A DNA stretch of 64,000 nucleotides. It comes from Convolutriloba macropyga. Its lineage: Eukaryota. The stretch covers positions 9,920,001-9,984,000 of the forward strand of contig NC_134472.1 of NCBI RefSeq assembly GCF_964194025.1. Direction: 5' to 3'. Under the pieces are notes generated by a model, which was not told the DNA's origin, made no database searches, and saw only the letters and a program-made list of their open reading frames with translations. Positions within the stretch are counted from its first letter, which is position 1. Each line of letters begins with the position of its first letter. Shown one piece after another: positions 26,838-39,692 of the stretch. Made by a program: the position numbers and the translations under genes.

Positions 26838-29470
26838 ATGAGAGGTAATTGTTTGGTTGTGTTTACTGTGCTAATTAACACAGTTCTGGGTAACAGCCCG
26901 ATGAAACCTGAAGAATACATTAAGAAGTTTGAGGATTGCAAGGATGGTTTCGGGAATCAACTTGGAGACGGTTTCGGAAAACCAGTAGAACTGGGAACAC
27001 TGAAAGAACGTTTTGAAGCTTCCAAGGCTATTCGGACTGCTTTTCCACTGGTTCCCGAAGGAGTGAGAATCGAGCTTATGTCTGTAAACACAGATAATCA
27101 ACGGGTTCTCTACCAGGTAGATTATTGTACTAACTCTCTGTAATGATCTCATACTTTTAGTTAAAAAATATACAATCAGAGAGTTACTAACATTACTTGG
27201 TAGATAATGGCAATAACCCTTGTTTGGTACAAAGTTGCATGAATAATAGGAGAATTTATTAGAATTAGTAAGTAAGGTAGGCATAAAACAGACATAATTA
27301 CCCGGATTAGATGGAGAACTCCGTTTTATAATCTTAATACATGCAAGAGCGTTCCAAAAATTGCCCAACGCTTTTATTTTTGCGCCCCTTCCACTAACTA
27401 CTGCCCGGGTCGAGGAATTTACCCGAAAATAACATTTGAGAATAAAAAGAATGAAAAATACATCTAAGAATATCGAATTTTACTTACCAAAATGGCTTAA
27501 TTTAATTATGACAACATGACAACATTCAGTAATGGCGTGATCTATAGTGGCATCTATACGCTCAAGCGTACTGATCTACAAGCCTACATCAATACTTCCA
27601 TACTGATCAATTCTAAAAGCAATTCTATTATTTTTTTCAGTGCTTGAAATATCAGAACACAAATCTTACCAGTTTTACAAATCTTGGTCAAGACTTCGGT
27701 AACACTTACAAGCTGATTCCCCAGTCAACACCAACTTTTCAAAAACTTTGAGATAAAAATATTGGCAATTGAAAAAACTACGTAACGTGCCACGATTTCG
27801 GGATATTAAGTGCAATGCACTATTTGTAATGCTTTTTCCAGTTTCTTCATTGGAGGTATAAATATCTTTTTAGAGCAAAATCTGGCATCGTTTGTTCAAA
27901 GATTTAACTTGCAGACAATATTTTTCAATAGAAAACTGAAAATTTAGTAAGTTGTGACTTGAAATAGAAACTTTTTTCATAAAAGGGTCATAGTCTGTTA
28001 TAGAAAATTTCAATTGTTCATAGTTGAATGCAATGAAGAACAGGAAGTTTACTCTCGCTGCAAATAACTGTTTTTACGAGTCAAATTTTTGGGATATTGA
28101 GATAAATGTCTTGTCGTAAATTTCCACAATAATGATATCAAGATATCAACGAAGTATAAAATTAACGGAAAAATGTCAATGTTGCTAATAAAAATTTCAG
28201 CTTTGTGAAGTCTTTTTCACTGCCAAGGTCTTGAATTAGTAGTTTGAAGTTTTAAACTTTTTTTAAAATAACAGGACAGTATCAATAACTCTTCCTCTAT
28301 TTGTTTATTAGTGGTTGAAAAAAGCAGTTCATAAGCACGGCCGCGCGTTTAGGTTACGTGATTAATTGGTATTTAAAATTAATATGTGAACTAAATTATG
28401 TAAGAATAATTCTATAACCTAACACAGCAGACACCGCGTTTCAAAATTGGTTTTTCATGCTCCAGGTTGCTCACATCATAAATGTTTACTTTATCAACAT
28501 TAAAAGTCTTGCTTTTTGACTTAGGTAAGAAAAATAGTATACAAAATGAAAAATGGGAAAATATGCAAAAATAGTATGTCCAGCTTAACTCTCTGCTACA
28601 AGGTTTGCTTTATCTGCGATTCAAACTCTGCAAGTTAAAAACAATATGCTACATCAATACCCATCGAATTAAAAATGACCGTATAGATAACTATTTTTTC
28701 CTGATATAAAAATTTTATACAATTGTATTGTTCATAATCGCTATTTGCAGAATAAGCGCAAAAACGTTATCTTGCCTAGATGTTAGCGCGGTTTTTATGT
28801 TTAAAAAAGTTATCATGAGAAGTCGACGCAATTATTCCCTAACATTTCTTTAATTAAACGAATTAACCCTCTCAAAAACAAAAAGAAAACAAGTTTTTTG
28901 CTGTAAATTTGTAGCTCAAATTACTGTTATCAGTTAAGTTTAATGTTTTATGTGATTCAATAATCTGCAAAATATCTTTTTTTTGCTGAATTCTGATTAT
29001 TCATACGGGAAGCAGCTTGTTGACGAGAATATATTTCTTGCTTTGAACCTCGTTTGCTCTTTTGATTCAGATCTTGTAAGCTCTGATTTCGAGAATGAAT
29101 AACTAAAAACTCGTGTTTTTTTCCGTTTGGTTTCTATATAAATTTCTAGGTGTTGGATCCGTTTTCTGATTTTGATTCTGCAGTGAATTCATTTGTCACG
29201 TGACCTATCTTCTATTTCAATATTCATTTAAAAATGCAACTGAAAAATCAACCTATGGTAACTAGACAATTTTTGCTGCCAGGTTCAATTAAAATTCTAT
29301 CAGAAAATTGTTACAGTGCCACCGATATATTAAATTTAATCTGTTTCAGTGGTTTGTGTTTTCAGGTTAGCGACCTCAAGCGACACAGATTCAAAGTCTT
29401 AATTCAAGATCAAACAATGGCAAGAGCAAAGAGAATGGATAACAACGATTGTCTGGACGAAAGTTTCTGA
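26838..29470 (+). CDS. Secreted stefin/cystatin-fold-like protein 3 (G3), 127 aa; exons 26838-27116 and 29366-29470
   Basis: Signal peptide (CLVVFTVLINTVLG) and DC...GDGFGKPVE. Donor CAG|GTAGAT at 27117 and acceptor TTTTCAG at 29365, phase 0. Exon 2 VSDLKRHRFKVLIQDQTMARAKRMDNNDCLDESF* aligns without gaps to G1 exon 2 (12/34 identical). AATAAA at 29508. Confidence 0.85.
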
Positions 29471-32400
29471 GAACTCACATTATAATAGAATATTAATCAG
29501 AATAGACAATAAAAACAAACTTGAACAGACTTGGGGACAGAAATTCAAAATCAATAAAGACAACATGAATTTAAAAAAAAACGATGAGCAAACATATCCA
29601 AAATTACATATACTTTGAATTCATATGCTTGCTGAGACTTTTATGAATTAAAATCATAAGAGAGTTGAGTTTATTGTTCAACAGTCATCGCACATAATCT
29701 GCAACTGAAACAAATTGAATTCCAGTTCTGTCAAAGAGATGTAAGAAAATGCAGTTCAGCACTTTTTGAGGTGAGGGTATAACTCTAATCAGAAACAGAT
29801 TTATAGTTGCCTCTGACATTTTGGACAACGCTTCTTCTGATTATTTTCGTAGAAGGCAACAAAACATAGAGGTCATCTTTTTAACACAGAGAAGTTAACC
29901 AAAGCCGTGGAAGTCGACAGTTGTTATGCTTTTATTTTGACAAAAAATGACTTCTTGAGATTTTTTTCGTCGTTTTCTATCATTATTCAGTTCATCATGC
30001 TCTATTGAGCTATATCCGAAAATCAGTCTGCAAGTTTTTCTTCAGTCTTCAATTTTTTCTTCAATCATTTTTTTTCAGTCTTCAAGTTGCTCGTTTTCCT
30101 TTTTTCCCCTAAAAGTGCTGATCTCTGCTCTTATGTAAAAAAAATCTCTTTTGATTATGGTGCTTACGATGCCTACTAGCCAAACTAATACCCACTTTCA
30201 AAAAATACAGATTTAAAATAACTCAGATTAAATCAATTCTAACAATTAACTAATTAGATGAACTAATCAAGTTTTTTTCAATTAAAATCTCAACAGGTTT
30301 TTTTCCAAGTGACCACATGTCAGAATTAAATCATTAGTTATTCCTCATATTGGTAGCTAAAAAAACTCAAACAGTTCTCATCATTCTCGCAAACCTGCTT
30401 TACCTGAAACTGGCTACCTTTCAGTAGTGATTGATTAAAAATCTTTTTTTTGTGTTCTTTCTTAGACCAGTGTTTGATCAAGACGATTCCCTATTGTATG
30501 CCCAACATCATAATAATTTTTCGTTTATTAGACTGAACTAAAACATTTTTGATCAAATTACAGAATAAAAAATTTCCAGTGCTCTATGAAAATCGAAACA
30601 ATTGCTCAACGCCCTTTCCTTGCTTCAAGACAACTAAAACTAATCACACTAATAGCTAGGCCAGGGTTATTGTTGGAACCATTTTTTTGGTAAGGAGCTA
30701 GGACCTCATTTTGTTGTTTTATTCCGTTTTGGTGTAACTGACATGAAAATATCAGTGATATTATTGGAATAAGGCTCATCAAAAGTAGAAAACTTTGTCA
30801 ATAACCCATTTTTTGTAGAGATTGAGGTTCAAACTTTTAAACTCACATGTCAATTCACACTGAGTTTGCTCAATTCCAGAGTGATCATTGGCAAAATTTC
30901 AGTTTTTTCGTATTATATCATCCACGAAGATTGCTAAGCTGATGATTGCCAAGCACGCTCCGTTTTTCTTCTAGGATATTTTTGCGTTATTTTAATGCGC
31001 ATATTAATAGTTAATTTCACTTGAATGAATTTAGCCACCTTTGAATCAAGAATTTTTCTTAGATGCTGGCGGAAATCGGTGTTTATCTATTAGGTGTCGT
31101 TGAAGGGTTTGAATTTTGCTTCGAGAGTTGGCAGGTATTATCTCTTGATTTTGTTAAGATGAACATTTTTGCTCAGCATTTACTTCTTGCACCAATTTAA
31201 AGCAAGTTTGATTTTTCTTGCTGAGTCATTCTCTTGGTTTATGGAGATCACTGTTTTTTTCTGTCCAATTTTTTCTGGAGCACAACGAGGTATTTTTAAG
31301 TCCCTGTCATGATGAATTTGGGTAGCTGCTAATTATTGGACAAATTTTCCAAGCAAATACTTGTGATCTGTTTTTATGCAATCATGGAGAGGCATTCAAT
31401 TTGTGGCAAAAACTATTATGCAACACCAGTAAGCCGAGCTTGTAGCAATCAACTCTCGTGATCAGCTCCCCAGTCTATCTGTCTGGCTTTGCTTCAGAGC
31501 TAATTTTTTTCTGGAACACGATAATTATATACCTTGTTGACAGTATGGGTAAAAAACAAGTGATCATATGATGCAGAATGATCATCGAAGTGATCGCTTT
31601 GTGCCACTTTTTGCGTGAATTTGCTAATTCGGTGGTTAAGCACCGCGTTTTAAGTAGAGGTTACCTGACGCTCGAAATCACTGGGAACTTTTGGCGTTCA
31701 TCGAGAACCGTGTAGCAGCTCGAGATGAGGTAGAATTTTGAAGTGATTTCTCCGAAATTACGTAATTATGTATAAAACACGCAAATTGCACGTTCTAAAA
31801 TGACAAAGGTCAATGAAAGTCGACTTCTGGCATTTTGGCTTCTGGCACTGCAGACTTTCGCTTTTCTTTAATGTGCACGTGCATGTTTGAATTATTGCTT
31901 TCTGTGCATAGCTGGGACAAACTGCAGAACTACCTTATCAAAGTAAAAAACAGACAAAAAAGGGGTACAAAAAACTTCAGCGAGTTGAATGAGGATCATT
32001 TATTATGAGAGCTCATTTTAGCGACAATATCAGTGCGCGCAACTAGAGTCCGTTTGTTTGGTTTATATTTAGCAGTTTCGTTTGCATTCGAAGTAGCTAT
32101 GACTCCTTAAAAAGTACGATAACGGTTGACTGATGACGTTTTTGTTGAACCAATTTGCATTGAGTTTGGCAATATTTAGTTCCTTTTTTGCCAAATTCGC
32201 TGCTGGTGTCTCTGCTATTTCCAAATTTTTCAATGGTTTATCGAACCAGCTCTGTTTGGTTCATAATATTTGGACAACATTGAATTTTGATTATCTTAAA
32301 GATAAAATTTTTAATAAGGATGCTCGTTAATATGCGTTCGCACATGATGTTGCGACTCGAGCTCATCTACACTTTTGACTTAATTGTCAACCAAATGAAG

Positions 32401-33764
32401 AGATAATAAAAATAGATGTTTGAGTTTAAAAAAACGTTTAAAAATCTAACTACTTACTGAATTACGTAATGCCATGCCTCATTACAGCGCTGACAAGATC
32501 TGTCATTGAAAAAACTACGAGAAAAAAGCAACCAACAAAAGAAGCAAAAACAATGATTTCACGTCAAAAACTAAGTATCAAAATTGGAGCGCACCTAGTA
32601 ACAACGCCAAAATGCAATCGTATAAAACCTTAACTGCACAAGTTTACTTTGTCCACATTATACAGCAGATGTCAATTTTTCCTAATGAGACTAGGTAGAA
32701 ATTCGACAAAAGGAAATAATAAGGCGAAATTGAACAATTAATCAACTTTTTTTAAACCAAATAATTTCTAAACTCTTAAAAATCATTAGCTTTTAACGAA
32801 ATAATTCGTATTAAAATTACTAAACATTTATCATGAAAACAATACGAACTGTGGTTGGTAAAATTGAGCCACAGAAACACACTACAGAAGCAGAAAGAAC
32901 TCAAAAAATTAAACAATTTGCGAAATTGCAAATTATTGAAGCCATTAGAATCATTAGCTATTATCTGAATACTATCTATTCTTCCCTCCATTTTCAATAA
33001 TATTAAAGGAACTAAAATTATACTGAAAGACTTAATAAGTGCATTTGGGCCACATTTGAAAAACATTGGGATCTGTTATTACGCGAATGTGCTAAAAGAA
33101 GAGAAAAAGAAACACAAGTACACCACTAAAACTTTTATTTAAACGCATATTGTCCTTAAACAAAACATCAGTTACGACATGATATCACTGGATTTATGAA
33201 ATTTGGAGTACAGGAAATGGAATGGGACCTCTCAATGATGAAAATGAGCTACAGGTTGACGAAAAAAAACAACAAAAACTGAAAAGTTTAAAAAATCATT
33301 GAAAAATTATGATATCATAAACTTTGAGACTATTCGCTATAAAATGACTGCCTTGGGTAAAATCAATCCTTGAAAACTCAGTTACAAGCTTTTGAGACCG
33401 GTCAGTATTCTGCGCATACCAAAAGATTTAAAAAACTAGGCAAAAACCGCTAATTCAAAAAAAAAATTGACCGAGAAATGTGTCGAAGCCATTAAAAAAA
33501 CTTTTCGGTAATGACTTTTCTGTCATCCAAAAATTTTTTAACAGCATGAGATTTTTTTTCAATAAGACTTTAGAATATCAATGAATTTGAACAAATACAT
33601 TAAAACCACGAAACTTCTGAGAAAACCGGTAGTATCAACGCCATTAAACGCAATTGGTTTCAGCTGAAGGCAATAAAAGCGCTCGATGGGAGCTTTAGAG
33701 TTATGCCTCCATGGGACGACAAAAATCTTGACCATTGACAAAACATCTGTACGATAGGACATTA

Positions 33765-34570
33765 CAATAAGTCATTAACTAAGAAAATAACAACAAATAC
33801 AGGCAAAATTCAATAAATCCTTAGAAAAGTGCAAGAAGAAAGCGTCGCAGCCATTTAAACCAAATCCTTTTATCTGAAAAATTTATATATGCTCCATATA
33901 GCGTCTTCTCAAAAACAAATTGAGCTATCGATATTAGGATTTTGTGATAAGATTTCAACAGGAACCAAAAATACACAAACATCGAAATTTTTTTTTAAAA
34001 TCTTATGGCCTCGAAGCCATAAAACCAGAAGTAAGAAAAAAATGGTTAGCAAAAAAATTTAATTCGCCGTAGGATGAAAGAATAGGTTTCTGGTTAATAC
34101 TGAGAATTTCTCACAATTCGAAAAATATAAGTTTAAAACTGGTTAATGTTCAAAAAATTTTTTTGAAATTTTTTTTTAAAGTCCTAACAGAAAATAAGTT
34201 CAAAAGTTTTCAACAAAAAGTCAATAAATACGCTCAGTCTTGACTCAATAGCAAAACAAAGATAATTGTCATGCATGGGTAACCAATAAGATATCACAAT
34301 AAGTCTTATGACTATTAAAACGACAACAAATACAGGCAAAAACAAGAAAATCAGTAGAAAAATTGCGAGAAGAAAGTGTCGAAGCCGTTTAAACCACAAA
34401 CTTTTCTCTAAAACTTTATCTATGGTCTATTGAACGTCTTCCCCAAACAAACGGGAGCTATCCAAATTAGGATAATGTGATAAATTTTCAGAAGGATTCA
34501 AAAATACGAAAATATCCAAAAATTTTAAAATTGTTTTTGAAATCTTGTGGCATCGAAGTCGTAGAAACAA
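33765..34570. repeat. Old diverged direct repeat, ~530-bp period
   Basis: ACAATAAGTC...ACAACAAATACAGGCAAAA...TCGAAG blocks at ~33765-34030 and ~34296-34570. Confidence 0.7.
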
Positions 34571-35217
34571 TAGTTAGAAGATAAAACCGCTGCACAGATT
34601 ACTTTTGGTTGCAGCAGAAGGGAAGGGGACCCTGTCAGTACTGAGGCTGACTTACAGTTTACAAATATGATTTGCAGTTTATGATGGGTTAAGGTTTAAA
34701 AAAATTTTCGAAAAATTATATATAGAGTCTTAGCAGCCATTTGCTGTCCAATCAAAGCACGGAGTAGTTTCAATAAAGCTCATTAAAATTGCAATATTAT
34801 TTAAATAATTTTGCTTTTTAGTCAACGATTTTATGCCATAGGGCTCCAGAATTTCAGTAAAACCTCAAAAAGAAAATCAAAATTTCATAAAAAATTACAA
34901 AAGCTCAGAATCGAAGCCATAAAAATTATGTGTGATTCCCTGAAAACGTGTATTTTGTTCTTTAGGCGTCATTTTACTTTAAATCAGGTTTATCATTTAC
35001 CAAAAATGGTGACCAGTCTCTAGGTGACCCAAAAAAATGAAGTTTTCTATAAAAAAACAGCTCTCAAAAGGATTTCGAATTTTTTTTTTATAGTAAACAT
35101 CCCTTTGAGACCAGAACTAGTCTTTTTATCACTTTTGCTGTATTAGGAATTTGAAATTGATCCTTTTTGTGGAATGAAATGTAATTTTGAATGATAAATT
35201 TTCGAAGAAAAGATCAT

Positions 35218-35478
35218 AATTTGGAGAAAAATTGCACTAAAAGTGAACGAAATCATATCAAATATCACGTGTTCACACAAAACTTAAATCCTCGATAAAT
35301 CCTCGTAAAATACGAAATTCGAAAAATTCTTATTAATTTCAAATTCTAGGCAGGATGAGCTTTTTAATGATACCACTCACATTTCTGATGAATATATCGA
35401 TCGGCCAAAATTGACTGAACAAAAAAAACCCATTTGAGTATATAGTTCCTCCCCACACAAGTGGGGTCGGAACAAAAA
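35218..35478 (-). mobile_element. Helentron/DINE-1-like element terminus, copy 2
   Basis: Reverse complement of 18204-18466, ending GAGTATATAGTTCCTCCCCACACAAGTGGGGTCGGAACAAAAA. Confidence 0.6.
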
Positions 35479-38400
35479 GTGTAAACATTGCAGTGAATGG
35501 TTTTTTAGCTCTGTATGCGGAGAAACCAGTGAAAATAAAACTTCCATCGCTAAAATAACCATGTCTTACTAAAAATCACTGCATTCGGTGAAGTGATTCG
35601 GCGCTTTGCAGTGAAAAATATTTTTTTTTCATGGCCCCTCAACGCAACTTCAAAACCTCGACCCAGGAGTAGAACCAACCGAATTCAGACAGTTGAAAAT
35701 TGACAGTTAAACAATGATCTATCCAAGGTGAAGTTTGAAGGTACGGGGATGATAGGCAGTCGCAAGAGTGACATATTTGAGTGGTATTGATTGAGAGGCC
35801 GAGCGATTGATTCGGTTACAATGATTCATTCTATCTCTACCTATTAAAATCTTTTTTACGAGAGAATGAGTTTTCGAATAACCCTAACTTAAATTACAAC
35901 CCGAGTAGGTGGACAGCACAGCGCAGCGTGTTTCCAGCCAACCCCTTTTGACTCAAAAGAAGTAGCTTGTCTCCAGAGCAACTACTGATTAACAAAAAGT
36001 GGGAAAAATGGGAGAAAAAAACTTGTCCTTGTAATATATCAGAACTTTAGCAGAGTAAAACCCTGTTGAAAAACTCATCTGATGGGATATAAAATTTACT
36101 GTCATTTTTTCAACATGCCACAAAATGAGGAATTTTTCCACAATAGGCCCCATGGAAACAAAGATCCCCAATTTTGGTTCTAGCCTGACCATAGGCTTAA
36201 GTTGTCAGGCTCTAGCCTGACAACACTTAAGGCTCTAGCCAGACCACCAAGCAACAACGATTGAAAAGGATTGGGTTATAATGAGAAAGAACTAACTTTT
36301 TTTACTGTCCAACTATTGCAATTGTTGGTGTCCAATTTTTGGTTATATTTGGTTCTTTCCACTCATCATACTGATCTTCATCAGAAATCTTCGCCTCTCC
36401 TGAAAAAAAAGAATTTTTAAGACACAATGTTCAGCTTTTGGATCCCCGCATGTTATCCAACCTCTAGTAACAGTGATGATATCACATGTTGTGTACAATT
36501 GTACAACTATTGCAGGTACGCTTGGGGTTTGCAATGAATATCAGTCTATAATTTTGAGATACACATATGCAGCCATTGATATGATAAAACCTTATTTACC
36601 CACAAATTTTTTGCTGTAGGTTTTAGCAAACGTGGCGCATCTTATATAACATTATGATGTAGCTTCTTGAAATGTTACCTTTGAATTTTTCTGAAATATT
36701 ATAATAACAGTTAAAAGCCAACCACGCACACTTGTTTTTGAATGTTTTTTGGACTTACCAATTAAATTATTGCTGATTTTACAAAACAGTCCAGCTATTT
36801 TTATTGCTTGAATTTTTCATTCACAGATCGAGTAATCCAAGGGATTGGCTGATGAATGAATTTCGACAAGGTTGTCTTCTACGAGCAATTGAACATTTTC
36901 TTACAATATTATTTTTTGTCTATGCTTTTTTGCTGACAACGTTTCGTTCAATTTTAGTCAGATCAGTTTTCTACGTTTAGAGTACTTTAGAAGGCACAAT
37001 TAGTGTTTTCATCTCAATTATCTCACAAGACCTGAATGAATTCAATTTAAATGTCACAACTTGTTTAACTCTCTAGCAAAACCAGTCTTTTAAATTATCT
37101 TTGCAATAGTAAAACCATTAGGACGAGCAATGTCTTAGTTAACAGTTACCTAAGTTTCAATTGGCATAAGTTATCACGATATTTGCTACCCATTTATTTT
37201 CACCGTTCTAATTGACCGGCCATCTTTCATTTTCGTTTTTTTTTTGAAGAACAATTTTTGTTTTCGTGGGTGTTACTTTTTATTTTGATAAGAGTTCTCC
37301 GTTTTTGTTCACACTAATATTGTCAATAAAAATTACATTAATTCCTCAACGGAGAACTTAATGTCTTCAGGAATCTGTTAATTTATCAATTGTATACCCA
37401 TGATAAATGGCCTGAATAAGGAGGTTACCTATGTTGTTACTCTCAGGGCTGATAATGGTTCAGTTAAGTGGTCAAAAATTATTGCAAACGAATACTTGAA
37501 GTTGCCTCCTAAAATCTGGGGTTAGAGATGGTGGTTGACGATTCTGCACCAAAAGTCCAGCCACCACAAGTTGTCTTAATTCATACATGAAAATTCTGCT
37601 CAGTTTATTTTATAATTTGGAATATTTTAATACCAATGAATAACAACAAATTAAATTTGTGTAATGAGACACAGAAGATACAAATATGATCATAGTTTGG
37701 ACACAAATTGACCATGAAACAATTTTCTCTGTCCTAAAGAACTCTTGCCATATTTGCGACTTTTTTAACGCTCTTCTTTTACTTGATCTACAAGGTTCTC
37801 TCCGGAATTTTTCTCAGCCAAAATATCAAGTTGAGTCATTGTTCGACCAAAAAGTTGAATATTATATACTGGGTAGTTCAATTGGCAAACACTGATGATT
37901 AATGAAATGAAAATTAGAGAAATTCAACTAATTAACTGCCCTTTAAATTGAAGATAATAGGATTAGAACTAAGAACAGTAATGAATATTTTCAGAACAAA
38001 TATCCAGTCCATATGACAATGATTTTGGAAATGAATTGACTGAAGAATCCTTGTTAATATAGTGAATAATGGGATCAAAACAGTAACATGCAGCCCACCA
38101 GAAACAAAAGCAAGAAAAACCCTAAAAACAAAAATCTTCCTGAAAAAACTACAACTCTGAAAAGAAATTCGCTCGACCCGCGAGAAGACTTCTTTTTTGC
38201 TTGACTTTATCTAGAAACCTCGACCATGCAATTTTAGTCAATATTGATCCTTTTCGAGACATTTTGATTCTCTTCATAACTTGAGGTCTAGACTAGAGGT
38301 CGCCAAAGAGAGGCCTTTGTTCGCGGCTGGGCTTGGGTTAGCGAAAAGCATTGACTTTTTTAAATTTCGGTGTCAGCGCTAAATTACATTGATTCATCTA

Positions 38401-38734
38401 AAACACGAGAGAGTTTGCCTTGGAAAAATTGTTTGTCGTACAGTTTATCGCAGTGCTTACAACTGCTCAAGCATTTGATCCTCAAAAATTCCATATGGTT
38501 AACTGAGGCTGCTTCAAGAAACAACAAGCTCAGTGGTTTTGATATTGACCTGGATTTCCCCCCGACCAGTTATGTCTCCATTTCCGGTTCTTTGATTTTT
38601 GCCCGCAACCAGACGTTAATATTGATCAGATGAAAAATGATCCTTATGAAAACATTGCTCAAAAGCAGTAGTTAGCTGGAGTTTTGCACTTTCGATTAAT
38701 ACTGATCCCAAGTTCGGATCTATTCTGTTTCGAA

Positions 38735-38895
38735 CCCCATGCTAGTGGGCATATAACCTTTACCCCCCCCCCCCCCCCCCTGAGGTCCACGTACTAATTT
38801 TTTAAGCAGTGACGTGCCATTTAACATCACAATTTGTAATTGGGGGCAGCAAAACACTGGGGGAGGAGGGGGAGGCATAATAGATCCCAAAATTT
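38735..38895 (-). mobile_element. Partial MITE with poly-C/poly-G runs directly upstream of G4
   Basis: GTGGGCATATAACCTTTACCCCC and GGAGGCATAATAGATCCCAAAAT match the reverse complement of the element at 39321-39434. Confidence 0.6.
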
Positions 38896-38928
38896 AGTCA
38901 ATTCTATATAACGATTACCGATCGAAAC

Positions 38929-39692
38929 ATGAGATTTCAAAACATTGCCTGCGCCGTATTTGTGCTGATCACAACTCTCAAAATGTCGAGATGCCAGATT
39001 GATCGGAACGCATATATCACCCAGCATACAAATTGTGTTGACAACTTTCCAGAAGAGTTCGGAGATGGTTCAAGTATTAGAGAGCCAGCGACACTAGAGG
39101 CACGGTTTAATGCATCTAGAGACATTCGAAGAATTTTTCAACTAATGCCAGAGGGAGTGAGAGTTGAGCTCGCGAGTGTCAATGGATTGAACCCCTTTTA
39201 CCAGGTAAAGCTATTTTTTATATTGAGTAAAATCAATTAATATTGCAGAAAGAAACTAAAACCTTCAAGATAGAGCTAAAAATTAAGTAAGAATGCTTTA
39301 CAACGTCCGAAACTAGAATAATTTTGGGTCTTTCCCATTATGCCCCCTCCTCAAATGAATAATAGCACCCCCATTATGGTATATTTACCATGATTGGCGG
39401 GGAGGGGGGGGGGGGCTATAGGTTATCTGACCACTAAGCTGTGGGGGGGGGGCTATAAAAGGAAATACCCATAATTGTGCGCTTAATTTTCCTGCGTCAG
39501 GTGAGAGATCTAGAGATGCGCAGATACAAGATTGAGATACATGGAGACATGGTCAAAGCGAGGATAATGGATCCAGAAGAGTGTCTAAAGTCATTCAATG
39601 ATGCTCTCAACAGTGCAGGTCGCAGTGTGAGCGGAGATTCGTTGATGAAACCGGATGAGAGAATTCTGGCGCTTTTAGACTTCGATTTATAA
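38929..39692 (+). CDS. Secreted stefin/cystatin-fold-like protein 4 (G4), 155 aa; exons 38929-39204 and 39501-39692
   Basis: Signal peptide present. RFNASRDIRRIFQLMPEGVRVELASVN matches G3 RFEASKAIRTAFPLVPEGVRIELMSVN. Donor CAG|GTAAAG at 39205 and acceptor GTCAG at 39500, phase 0. Exon 2 reads VRDLEMRRYKIEIHGDMVKARIMDPEECLKSF plus a 31-aa tail. Confidence 0.88.
39326..39470 (+). mobile_element. MITE (~145 bp) in the G4 intron
   Basis: Imperfect terminal inverted repeats GGGTCTTTCCCATTATGCCCCC and GGGGGCTATAAAAGGAAATACCC. Confidence 0.65.

Noticed and set aside
26871-27368. 165-aa minus-strand ORF and similar antisense ORFs over the cluster exons (4626, 12034, 38937, 39497, 42138, 54504)
   Set aside because: They are shadows of the real + strand exons and are not conserved between paralogs.
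29366-29470. G3 as a chimera of a G4-type exon 1 and a G1-type exon 2
   Set aside because: By eye G3 exon 2 is at least as similar to G4 (~14 identities) as to G1 (12), so there is no evidence of exon swapping.
29680-31540. Minus-strand CxxC-containing fragments (KRCPKCQ, IMCDDC)
   Set aside because: They are broken by stops and show no coherent domain.
18204-35478. A 17-kb TIR transposon carrying G3
   Set aside because: A third copy of the same terminus lies at 54201, no target-site duplication was seen, and the hairpin architecture fits independent insertions better.
36780-38200. Possible decayed Mutator-like transposase (FTDR, LLRAIEHF, SCHICDFFNALLL fragments)
   Set aside because: The fragments are short, lie in different frames and are too degenerate to support without a profile search.
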